64,000 bases of DNA from assembly GCF_006345805.1 (NCBI RefSeq), contig NC_043009.1, forward strand, positions 16,368,001 through 16,432,000, given 5' to 3'. Both the position numbers and the translations under genes were made by a program. Positions 43,173 to 55,391 of this stretch are shown one piece after another (positions within the stretch are counted from its first letter, which is position 1; every line of letters starts with the position of its first letter). The notes beneath the pieces were generated by a model, which made no database searches, was not told where the DNA came from, and was given only the letters and a program-made list of their open reading frames with translations. Source of the DNA: Octopus sinensis. Taxonomy: Eukaryota.

Positions 43173-43806
43173 TGCATGTATGTATGTTTATTATTCATGT
43201 ATATCTGTATGTTCTTGGATCATGCAATAACTTTAAGGCTTCAGAAGACAACTGATTCCTTCAGCACTCTTGAGTTTCGTTTCTGGTCCTTACATGGCAT
43301 CACAAGGCGAAAAAAAGTTGCTGTGTTCTTTTGCTGTATATATTTTAATCTTTTCCAGATTTCTCTGGCTACCAAATCATTCCTTATCTACACTTTTTCA
43401 GATTCAATCTAAAATAATCTCGAAGCAAATCAAAATTATATTTTAAGCAACATAAGGAAATCTTTTTTAAATTGAACCAAGTTAAATTAATCACGAAACA
43501 AATTAGATTAACTTCGAAATAAATTAAAATATTATTCGATCAAGTTGAAATAATATCGTTGCAAATGAAACGGTAGATGTTTGGATAAAACACAGTAAAT
43601 GCCTATGTTCTTAGTTGTTTGAACACACATTGATTGGTTCAACGGATTCATTCCATCATTTCGTAGCTCGTCTCAAAACTAAAAGTATCTGTATTTTACG
43701 AGTTTTTAAGCAGGGAAGCAAACGGATTTGTACAAGTAGTGTTCATACAAATTTGGGGTGCGTATACTGTGTCTTTCTGAACGAGAAGATTGGGAGTTCA
43801 TTGCTA
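42645..43806. repeat. Inverted pair of ~222-bp repeats (42645-42867 and 43581-43806)
   Basis: ORFs 42641-42892(-) and 43615-43848(+) share nearly identical peptide text, with few substitutions. Confidence 0.85.
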
Positions 43807-44933
43807 CTGCACATAGCGGTGAGAGGACAACAGCTGGTGATTGGGTAAGCAAAAATCAAGTGCCGCGATAACACTGCAATGATATCCGTGACAATGAGAA
43901 GATGAACGAACATAGTTACGTGTCGAATGGTTAAACGAATGCCTACAATTAACATAAAAGAATGCTGATATTTAACCATTGGATTGACTGTGTCCCAACT
44001 ACTTGTATAAATTCATCATGATGGAAGAATGATTTCATTGAAATGAGGGCATTAACAGTCAGTGTAACTATTTTGTATTTCTGAAGTAGATGATCCCTAA
44101 AAACCCATAAAAGATGTCTTGATACTTGTTCAAGAAATGCCAGTCAAACTTAACAAAATGCCAGTAAGATAAAAACATCGAGAAAATGGTATGAGGGCAT
44201 TATTTAATTTTGAAAAATTCAATTTGTTCTGTGAATATTTTAATTTTTTTCTGTTCCGTTAACTTAATTCAAGATTATTTGAATTTGTTTCAAGTGTATT
44301 TTAATTTGCTTGGCGTTTATAACAATTTCATTCGGGTCTGTTGTGTTTCGAATTTTCCTTAATTTGCTTCGTGTTTATTTTAATTTGCTTCGAAATTACT
44401 TTCATTTATGCTTTAAAATATTTAGTGAACGTTGTCCCGTAGTCGGCAGTGATGCAGTTAATGGTTTCAGTTTTCGTTTCTCACAGCCTACATTTATTGT
44501 TATACATACGTACATACATACATACGCACACACATACATACACATACGTTCGTTCATTGGAACATAAGTACGTAAATACATACATACATACATACATTTA
44601 GGAACATACATACATATAGGAACATACCTACGCATCTCTAAAAATGAATACATACATACATATAAGTATATACGTACATAGCACATACATACAAAAATAC
44701 ATACATATGTATGAGACATGCTCTGGTTTTAGTCTTAAAGTTCTCATTAGAATTTTCCAAAGATCAACTAGATTGTCATGTACGCGTAGTCAATTTAATG
44801 TTTATTTAATTTAGTGATTTTTAAAAAATAATATTTATTCTAGTATATTTGAATTTTTTTCTATACAATATAGATAATGTCTTTCACTATTGAATTCCTT
44901 AATTATCTCTCTTAATTATATATATACACACAC

Positions 44934-44982
<49 letters not shown>

Positions 44983-44983
<1 letters not shown>

Positions 44984-45184
44984 CAGGCCGGGCGAAATGC
45001 GTAGCCGTATTTCGTCTGCCGTTACGTTCTGAGTTCAAATTCCGCCGAGGTCGACTTTGCCTTTCATCCTTTCGTGGTCGATAAATTAAGTACCAGTTAC
45101 GCACAGGGGTCGATGTAATCGACTTAATCCCTTTGTCTGTCCTTGTTTGTCCACTCTATGTTTGGCCCCTTGTGGGTAGTAAAG

Positions 45185-45188
<4 letters not shown>
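44983..45188 (+). mobile_element. SINE family B, 5'-truncated
   Basis: Matches 34249-34476. Confidence 0.85.
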
Positions 45189-45223
<35 letters not shown>

Positions 45224-45439
45224 TGTATGAATGCTTCCATGTATGCATGTATGCTTCCATTTATGTATGTAAGCACGTATATATGTATACATGTATGTTT
45301 GTCAGTATATATGCATCTACATATATATGTAAGTATGTGTGTATACAGTCCAGTATGTATGAATCTATTTGTCTTGATTTTTAAAATTCTGGAATACTTT
45401 ACGAATTTTCAGAATTCTGTTTTTAGCGTGCTACTATAA

Positions 45440-45575
45440 TTTTCTAATTAATGGCATCCTTATTGGTTTTATGAAGACCAGCTTCTCCAGATTGGTTCTG
45501 AAGTATTTAGTTACATAATCAGATGCCTCAATAATCACGGCTATAAATCTATAATTATCGCCCAGCTGAACTATT
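45440..45575 (-). mobile_element. C-terminal fragment of an RLE-clade LINE
   Basis: NYRFIAVIIEASDYVTKYFRTNLEKL is homologous to YKFRFIPVIIG...NTNLEKLGF at 55.5 kb. Confidence 0.6.
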
Positions 45576-46121
45576 TGCCGATTTCGCGTTAGTTCACCAA
45601 AGACATCGTCTTATGTTTTGCATGTGCGCAGGTAGTTACATTGTATGTGCAAGTTATGCATATAAACGTGTATAACTGTATGACATATGCATGCACGTCA
45701 CATAAGCGCATATCATGAAGGTATTTTGCAAATTATATAAGTGCATGTACCTATGTAAAGAGAAGAGGGTAAGAAGTAGAAAAGACAGAGAGAGAGAGGG
45801 AGAAACAAACAGACAGACATCCTGACAGACAGCCTGACAGACAGACAGACAGACAGACAGAGACAGAGAAAAACAGAATTTGTAATTTCATTTTTTTGTT
45901 TTGTTTTGCTAATTACTCACTGGACTGAGATGTAAAAGATGATTATTGTCAACGAAAAATAATAACAGCTTTCATTTTTTTTATTTAGAATTATATATAT
46001 ATATATATTTATGTGAGTGAGTACTTATGTATGTGTATGCGTTTGCGGATAAGTGATGTAGGTTTGTCCGTGAATGCGATGTGTGTGTGTGTATATATAT
46101 ATATGTATATATATATATATG

Positions 46122-46164
<43 letters not shown>

Positions 46165-46167
<3 letters not shown>

Positions 46168-46560
46168 AGGTCACTTTCGAGTGCTACTGGTAACATGTAA
46201 TCCAGTACAACCTGTTGCATGGTCGGGTCGTCGGCGGCTAAACCAGCAACCCCACCAAGCTTGCTTGGTGAGGAGAGTGTTTATTGGACACCCTGCGGGA
46301 TGAAAAACAAAACCCGTCAAAGGGCGGAGGAACTCTTGAGAGTCAACGGCCATCCAATAAATGTCTTAAGGGTGTATCATGCGCGGGGACATAGAAATAA
46401 TCGGACTGAATACCCGATCGTGCGGTTAAACCATTGGGAGTGAAGGACTCCTAGCCTTTGTTAAGGCATCCTTCTAGGAGAAGGTAACTCAGGTAACTGG
46501 GATAACTCCGACATAAATTCTGCAGCTCAGTGGTTACCGATGATGTTGACTTATTCTTCT
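46165..46560 (+). mobile_element. Probable RTE LINE 5' UTR
   Basis: GGCATCCTTCTAGGAGAAGGTAACTC resembles the RTE 5'-UTR motif as I recall it. GC-richer than the flanks. Confidence 0.5.
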
Positions 46561-46706
46561 TTTCGGATTATGGCTGCTGTTGCTCAGTGAGTGGGAAAGG
46601 CTCAGTGCACAGCCTTTCCTCACTTATATTCTTGCACAGGCATTGCACGATAACAACATTGATTAAGCTTCGTGCAATGGCGATACTCGATAACGAGGGG
46701 CAGCCA

Positions 46707-46762
<56 letters not shown>

Positions 46763-46770
46763 AAGATATG

Positions 46771-46817
<47 letters not shown>

Positions 46818-46831
46818 TATGTATATATATG

Positions 46832-46862
<31 letters not shown>

Positions 46863-46880
46863 TATTATATATATATATAT

Positions 46881-47236
46881 TAAAACATTATTGGTGAATT
46901 GAAGAAATGGAGCTGAACGCAGATTGAACAGAAATCGTTTTATTTCATTCTAACACGTGTTTCGAAAGGCACAAATTACCAAAATCCGATTGGTAATTTG
47001 TGCCTTTCGAAACACGTGTAGAATGAAATAAAACGATTTCTGTTCAATCTGCGTTCAGCTCCATTTCTTCAATTCACCAATAATGTTTTAATTTCAATTA
47101 TCCGCACCAACGCACGGTTGCAACGCCAGATGGTTGTACCTCCAACCGTGCTGTTTACTGCTGAGATTTTTGCTACTAAGGTATCGGTTAAACTTTTGAT
47201 TAATCTACTACAAGATTATTCATCTTTCTATTTCAC

Positions 47237-47240
<4 letters not shown>
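46881..47240 (+). mobile_element. pLTR-like fragment whose 5' part is a ~101-bp fold-back (46881-47090)
   Basis: GAAA-CACGTGT-A half-hammerhead at about 47009-47020. Arms 46881-46982 and 46990-47090. (TA)n on both sides. Confidence 0.7.
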
Positions 47241-47268
<28 letters not shown>

Positions 47269-47271
<3 letters not shown>

Positions 47272-50200
47272 CGGGAAGCTTTATGAAAATAAACAAAAGA
47301 CGAAGGCAGGTGGAAAACAAACGAACAATTGTATTAGTATGGCGCTCAGGAAATATAAATAAAACAAGTCTTTACGTTTCGAGCCTACGCTCTTCAACAA
47401 AAGAACACAGAGAGAGAGAAAAAACACAGAAAGAAGGAGAGGAAAAAAATGCGTGCAGTAGCTAACGAATCAAACATGGCGATCTGATTTCGGCCAGAGG
47501 TCAAAGATCAAACATGAGACGCGAGAGCGAAATAAGGGGAGATAATAGGGTTGATAAACGGGTTGAGGGACCAGCTAAAGTGCGTGGGAGGGGTCTGGAT
47601 GTGTGTATGTATAGGGCTGGTGTATGTATTAGTATGTATAAGGGTGTGTGTGCGTGTGTGTGTGTGTGTATGAGAGAGTATTAGTGCGTAAGATTGGTCT
47701 GGACGTGCGTATGTATGGGGTTGGTGTATGTATTAGTATGTATTAGTATGTATTAGTACGATTGGTATGTATAGGTGTGTGTGTGTGTGTGTGAGAGAGT
47801 ATAAGTGCGTATGCGGGGTCTGGACGTGTGTATGTATAGGGTTGGTGTAAGTATTAGTATGTACTAGTATGTATTAGTACGTATTAGTATGTATTAGTTG
47901 GTGTGTGTATTAGTATGGCACATCATATGTGATGTGATGTGTAAAGTCATGTGGTGTAGATGTAGTGAGGAGAAGAGGGGGAGGGGGAGAAGAGGGGGAG
48001 AGAAGGGGAGGGGAAGAGAGGGGGAGGAGAAGGGGGAAGAGGAGACGATGGGGGAGAAGGAAGGGTGAGGAGGGGGATTGAAGGAGGAAAGAGGGAGAGG
48101 GGGAGAGAGAGAAGGGGAGAGAGGGAGTGAGGGAGCAAGGGAAGGGGAAGAGGGAGGGAGAAAGAGGGAAGAAGGAAGGGGAGTAGGGTGAAAGGATGAA
48201 GGACTGAAGAAGTAGGGGTCGGGGGGAGAAAGGATAGGTGAGAGGGGGGAGAGGGGGTTAGATGAGGAGGGGGAGAGTTGAGACCAAATGGCGTATAAGA
48301 GCGAAGAGAGAAGATAATTCCTGTTCACGGCGCAAACGGGAATCCGGATGGCCTCTGTGTAAGGACAAACCGAACACAGATAGGTGTTGCAAGGAGTGAC
48401 CGGTGGAGCGGAATGGCGTGAGACCGGTGTGTCGTTCGCAAGGTGGATGTCACGAAGGTGTTTCGCGAACCGGTCAGCCAAGCGGCCGTCCCGTTTGTCC
48501 GATGTACAAGGAATTGCAGAGAGAGCAAGAGATGCAATAGATAATATTGCTGGAGGTGCAGAGTGAAGGAGTGGATGATGGGATAGGGTCGATGGTGGGT
48601 GCTAGTGGAGGGGGTGGTGGTGGTGGGAGGTAAGGGCAAGTGCGGCAACGTGGGCGGGAGGAGCAGGGGAACGAGCCGGGTTGGGAGGGTAGGGTCAGGG
48701 AAGGAGCTATGGACCAAAAGGCTCGAAGGTTGTGGGCTCGTGTTTGAAAGAGGGGAGGGGTCGGTTAGGGAAGAGGTGTGAAGTGGACGGGTCGGACTGG
48801 AGATGACGGAAGCTCGAAGAATGGTGCGTTGGAGACGTAGGTGGTCGTGGGGTGGTAAGTGAGGGGAAAAGGGAGGCGGGAGACTACAGGGCGGGTTCGG
48901 GGAGAGGAGAGCAGATACACGTCCACGGACCGTGCTCTGGCAAGGGCGGTGTGGATAGTGGTGAGGGGGGTATCCACGTAGGGTGAAGTGGTGAGCCATA
49001 CGTTGAGACTGAGTCTCAAAGTCATGGTCGTCACTACAGAGCCTACGTAGACGGAGGAATGGGGAATAGGGGATGGAAAGCTTGTGTGTGTTCTGGGGGG
49101 AGGAAGAGAAGTTGAGGTATGAGTGTGAGTCTGTGTGTTTGTAGTGAATGGAGGTGGTAAGAGTGGAGTGAAGAATGCTAACCGAAATGTCGAGGAAGGA
49201 GACAGAGGTGTTGGAGATAGTGGAAGTGAAGTGGAGGGCTGGATGGAAAGAGTGGACGAAAGAGAGGGAAGGAATCTAGATGTTCGCGGGAGAGTGAGGT
49301 GGCGGTGGCACCGATAATGTCGTCCATTATAACGACCATATAGTTCAGGAGTGGGACCAGTGAAATTAGAGAATATTGGGCCTCAACATAGCCAACGAAC
49401 AGGTTCGCATAGTTGGGCCCATTCGCGTTCCCATGGCCACTCCCGAGACCTGATGGTAGAACTCGCCCGCGAACGAGAAGCAGTTCAGAGTAAGGACAAG
49501 TTCGGCCAGACGAATAGTGTGGAGGTGTCAGGTACAGGGTTAGAGCGGAGGTCAAGAAAGTGTCGAAGGCCTGCAGTCCTTCGTGGTGAGGGATAACAGT
49601 AGAGGCTTGGATGTCCATAGTAAAAAGGATTTTGGAGGAGCGGGAGGAAAGGGGGAGAAAGAGTTGAAAAGCCGGAGAGCATGGTTGGTATCGTGGATGT
49701 GGGAGGGAAGAGATGCCATAGGGGGGCAAGGACACCGGTCGAGGGGTATTTAGAGATGAGCTCCGTGGGGCAGTTACAGGCGGAGACGATGGGGCGGCCA
49801 GGGTGGTGGGGTTTGTGGATTTTGGGGAGGAAGTAGTAAATGGTGGGGGTACGTGGGGTTCGCACAATTAGGTTGGATGCGGTGCGGGGGGAGACGGGAG
49901 GACGAGACGGATGTCTTGGACAGTAGAGGATACCGTCTGTTGGTAGCTACGTGTGGGGTTAGAGGCCAGAGGGGAATAGAAGGAGGTGTCATTGAGTTGG
50001 CGGAAAGCCTCGGCCCTATAGAGGTCCGCGCGCCACACCACTACAGCTCCACCCTTGTCAGCCGGTTTGATTGCGTAATGTCAGCGCGCCGTTGGAGGGA
50101 ACGAAGGCCAAGAGCTCAGCCGGGGAGATGTTGAGGCGGCGTTGGCGCCTGGAGAAGTTGAACCGCTCCAATGCACGCTGACAAGCGCCCGCGAAAAGAT

Positions 50201-52230
50201 CCACTGCTGGATCTGGCCAGGGGCAGGCGTCCACGGGGATGGTCGGCGGCCCAGGCCAGTGAAGCCGTCGTTCCTCTTCGTAGGGTGTGGGTGGCGAGTC
50301 GTGGTAATGCGCACCAACCGGACACGGCGCACAAAGCTGTGGACATCACTCGCGTCTGGAATTCCGTACAGGATGGAGTGAGGGGGAGAAACCCCAGACC
50401 CCTACCAAGGACGGCGCGTTCAGCCGCGCAAGAGCGGGAAGCAGATCGGGGGGCCTGGTACCCCCAGCCGGACAGGGGAGCGGGCCGGTGGGTGGCCTTG
50501 GCCTCGCTAGTAGCGGGGTGGTGGGGTCTCGTGGCGGTCTGAGGGGGGGGGGGGATTGGGGCGGGGGTTGGGGGGGTTGGGCGGGCAGCGGGTTAGGTGT
50601 CGGTGGATGGAGCCTAACGGGAGGGGAGAAGGGGTTGTAGGGAGGGGCAGTGGGGTTACGTGTGGGTGGATGGAGCCTATCGGGAGGGGAGAAGGGTGGT
50701 GGAGGAGTTGGGGTAGTGGCGTCGGGTAGGGTGGGAATGGAAGAGTGATTGGAGTTTACGAAGTTTGGTATCAGAAAGAAATTGATGGAAGAGTTGATTC
50801 AAATGGATAATGAAGCGTAGCGTGTTTGGAGCATAGAGAGGCGGCAGAGAGGAGAAGAAGGTGGAGAAAGCAGGAGGAAGAAGGCGGTTGATGGCATGTA
50901 GTTTGGAGAGATTGGAGCGAATGGTGGCCCGCATAAGGCGGTAAGATGTGGTGCGGAGTATGGGTAAGATGGAAGAATCCGAGTGGAGAGCAGGGTGGAA
51001 GTGGAGGCGGAAACCTTTAGGGATGAGTCGGTGATGTAGGCAGCGGCTTAGGAAAGAGACATGGCTAGAGAAGCGGGTTTTCTTTAAAAGAAGTAGAGAG
51101 AGATTAACGGACGGCTGAAGGCAATATACAGGAAGCGAACGTAGATGATCCTTCAAACGGTGATGGAGGGTGAGGAGGTAGGACCTAGGATCCGGCATGA
51201 TGGGATAGCGGAAAAAAACGTTCGAAAAAACAAAAAAAACAAAAAACAAAAATTATCGTATGAAAAATAGAAAAAAAGGATAGCGAAAAAGGGGAAAAAC
51301 AAACGTTCAAAAAAAAAAAAAATAATAATCGTATGAAAAACTAGATAAGTAAGCGATAGGGGCAGAAAAGACGGGGCAAACGGAAAAGGGAAAGAAAGAA
51401 GGGAAGCAGAGAGAGGGGGAGGCAAAAAAAGGGGGGTGCAGGCAGAGGAACGGAGTATGGACATCCAGAGAGGGAAGAAGACGGAAAGGAGAACAAATTC
51501 AGGAAAATGTGGAAGCATGAAATGAATGTAAAAAAATTGGTAATATAAGAGAAAATAAAAATACAACAAACGGGACAGTTTATGCGAACAAGTTCAAGGT
51601 TGAAAGTGCAAGGTGAGAAATGTGTAGACGTCGTGGTATATTTTTTAAGGATTTCACATCAATGCAAAGTCACTTTGATCCGCGAAAGAGAGGTGCAGCC
51701 AATGGTAAGTATCCAAGAGGTAAAGAAAATCCAAGGTAGAGGTAAGTGTTGATAGTGGTATTGGTAGAATATAGGATGAAAGTGAGACCACGTGAGCGCA
51801 TAATATATAACGGGAAGCTTTATGAAAATAAACAAAAGACGAAGGCAGGTGGAAAACAAACGAACAATTGTATTAGTATGGCGCTCAGGAAATATAAATA
51901 AAACAAGTCTTTAACGTTTCGAGCCTACGCTCTTCAACAGAAAGATACACAGAGAGAGAAAAACCAGAAAGAGGAGAGAAAAAATGCGTGCAGTAGCTAA
52001 CGAATCAACATGGCGATCTGATTTCGGCCAGAGGTCAAAGATCAAACATGAGACGCGAAAGCGAAATAAGGGGAGATAATAGGGTTGATAAACGGGTTGA
52101 GGGACCAGCTAAAAGTGCGTGGGAGGGGTCTGGATGTGTGTATGTATAGGGTTGGTGTATGTATTAGTATGTATAAGGGTGTGTGTGTGTGTGTGTGTAT
52201 GAGAGAGTATTAGTGCGTAAGATTGGTCTG
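47269..52230 (-). mobile_element. Near full-length Neptune-type Penelope-like retroelement with two direct pLTRs
   Basis: Direct repeats 47269-47700 and 51808-52230, (TA)n at both ends, HHR-like motifs at 47368-47405 and 51908-51945, and an RT plus GIY-YIG ORF between them. Confidence 0.95.
48255..51198 (-). pseudogene. PLE polyprotein: RT plus C-terminal GIY-YIG endonuclease, multiply frameshifted
   Basis: MPDPRSYLL...SRCLHHRLIPKGFRL; KPADKGGAVVVW (~50050); FLPKIHKPHHPGRPIVS (~49810); LFTMDI; NYANLFVG; MDDI; Cys linker PGSFPCSSRPRCRTCPY (~48650); NIIYCISCSLCNSLYIGQTGR...DRFAKH (~48500). Confidence 0.93.
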
Positions 52231-52565
<335 letters not shown>

Positions 52566-52584
52566 AATGCATGCAAGTATATAA

Positions 52585-52810
52585 GGCGAGCTGGCAGAAA
52601 CGTTAGTGCGCCGGGCGAAATGCTTTGCGATATTCGTCTAACGTTACGTTCTGAGTTCAAATTCCGCCGAGGTAGACTTTGCCTTTCATCCTTTCGGGGT
52701 CGATAAATAAAGTACCAGTTTCGCACTGGGGTCGATGTAATCGACTTAATCTCTTTGCCTGTCCTTGTTTGTCCCCTCTTTGTTAGGCCCCTTTTGGGTA
52801 GTAAAGAAAT
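52585..52810 (+). mobile_element. SINE family B, full copy
   Basis: Matches 34249-34476. Confidence 0.88.
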
Positions 52811-53408
52811 ATATATGCAAGTATTATATATATATATATATATACACATATATTTGCTTTTTCTGTTCAATATACTCCAACATATACACATACATTATGT
52901 GTATGCATGTAGATACCTAAACATATCCATATATATATATATATGTGTGTGTGTGTGTATGTATATGTATATATATATATTTATATGTATGTGTGTATGC
53001 ATGTATGCATGAATGTATTTCTTTGAAAGTACAAAGTTTTGTGCTGATCATTATCAGCAACTGACTTTGTTGTTGTGCAGTTGTTGATTTCGGTGTTTTT
53101 TACTACTTTTGGGGTTGGGGAGAGGCCATTCTTTCGGTTGTATTTTTGATATTTGACCTCCTCTTCCATTGACCTTTTATGTCTTGTCCCTTGAGACAAA
53201 TATTGTAGTTGGTTTGCAAAGGTTACTTGTGTTATAATTGATTAGAATAACTTGCTTAAGGTTAATGTAGTTGGCGAACTAAAGTTTCAGTGTGGCTACA
53301 ATCTATGTCTCCCTCACCCACGTTGATCTGCAACAGAGGAATAAGTTTAAATAGATAATGTTTACACACATAAGTGCATATGTGTGCTTATATATTATAC
53401 ATACGTAA

Positions 53409-53447
<39 letters not shown>

Positions 53448-53650
53448 CATAAAATTACGTTTGAAACCTATTGTATCATGCTTAATAAATAATAACAAGT
53501 TTATGAAAAATATATAAACCTTGATGCCGAGTGTACTCCAAAGTATTTTGTATTATAAATGTAATTAGAAATGGCTAGAAAGTACTTTTCTTATATTCAT
53601 GTTTTATTAAACATAGATCTATTTTCAAGTGATATTTTTTTATTTTAGAT

Positions 53651-53884
53651 CAGGTGTTCTCAACTGGGGTTTCATATGACCCTTGAGGGCCCATATAAGA
53701 TGTGTTGTAATTAAAGTTTATGAGCAATAAATTAATTATACTTTTATAATACACTAAATATTTTAACAAGTTTTTTTATACAATCCTTTATAACTAATTA
53801 TAAAAGCATAATTGGATTTTTTTAACATCAGAGTAAATTAGGAATTAAAGGAGTCCATAAGCAAAATATAGTTAAGAACCACTG
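53651..53884. mobile_element. hAT/Charlie-type MITE (234 bp)
   Basis: TIRs CAGGTGTTCTCAAC and GTTAAGAACCACTG. 8-bp TSD TTTTAGAT / TCTTAGAT (7 of 8 match, close to the Charlie NTCTAGAN consensus). Confidence 0.8.
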
Positions 53885-53934
53885 TCTTAGATCTTTCGTA
53901 TGTTATCAGCTTTTTATGGTTGGCTTAGTTTCTA

Positions 53935-54900
53935 AAATCATCTTCGACGTTTCTACGCTTTCTGTTTCCCTTTCAAGAATTGAATATAGTGGGAGTTTGT
54001 GTTGTTTCTGGTTGAATTCCTCTTGACTTTTCTGTCAAACTTTCTTGGAGGTTAGCTTCACGCGTCAGCAGTTGATTTGTTTATCGCGTCAAATTTTCAC
54101 CGTAAGATTTTTTGTTGTATTTTTTATGCTACGGTTAAATTTTAGATGTCTATATTTTGCGATATGACTATTGTTATCATAATTAATCTTCTATTGTTGT
54201 GTGGAATTTTATACTGTATGTATTCTCTTCTAGTATTCTCCAATCTAATTTTTTGTGCAGTATGTGATGCAATGTTGCGCAATATCTCCACGCTATGAGT
54301 GCATGGTGAATCTATGTGAATGATCTACTGTAGGAGCTAATGACCTGAAATTTGCAACTTTCAGTTTTATAGTAAAATTTATAGATCAGATTGGTCGAAT
54401 GTGATGCATCTTGTGTTCCGTTTTACGAGGATTTTGATTATGCAATAATATAACAATATATCGAGACATGCACCTCATAGAAATACCCAAACAGCACATA
54501 AAAATCTAATACGTGAACTAAATTCTCAGAAATTAACGAACAGACGAGCATATTACTATAATCCTCGTAAACCGGAACACAAAAGGCAACACTCTCGACC
54601 ATAAACTTAAACAATCACTATACTACAAAGATACCAAAAACCTTCTTATCAATTACTAACCACAAGCTTGTAAACCCCGCGAGAAAAACTGCGAATAGCC
54701 GATGTGATCAATAAATTTTACTGTAAAACTGAAAGTTGCAAACTTCATGACTCTAACTGTTACATTGGACAGATCAATACAACTCTCTCACGTAGGCTCA
54801 CTGAGAACTGTCAGCTCCCATTTAACACTACCTATCAATAGAGCTTAGTAAATGCAATGGATTGAAGATCTGACGTTTCAAGATGATCGTTCAATCTTCT
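53935..54900. mobile_element. Two diverging degenerate PLE GIY-YIG fragments
   Basis: Plus strand VINKFYCKTESCKLHDSNCYIGQINTTLSRRL (~54705-54805). The minus-strand copy shares ATAAATTTTACT(A/G)TAAAACTGAAAGTTGCAAA (~54350-54385). Confidence 0.7.
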
Positions 54901-55391
54901 AACGATTACAGAACAATGTTTTCATTTTCTTGAGAAGCGTATATTGATTGTGTAATTTATGATATATTGATTATATAAATTATGATATAATTATACTCTT
55001 GAATATACACACTGTAAATTATTCAAATGTATATAATACAACAAAAAAACAATCAGAGGATAAATTATATCTAATATACGCAGAGATTAACATGCAGTTC
55101 AAAGCATCGGTTAGCTATTCGAAATGACAATCATTCACTGGATACAAACAAACACACATCATATATGCACACATATATATGTATGTATGTATGTATGTCA
55201 TTATTCACTTTTAGTTCAAGATTTCTTGCCAATAGAGAAAAAGCCGGTTTCTAACCTAGATCCAAGGCCCCTTCATTGGAATTTCCACAACATCATGTAT
55301 GTATGTGTATGTGCAGATATGTATCTTTTATTTTATGTATGTCTTCTCATGCATATACTTGCATATATAGACATGTTCATATATACTTAAA

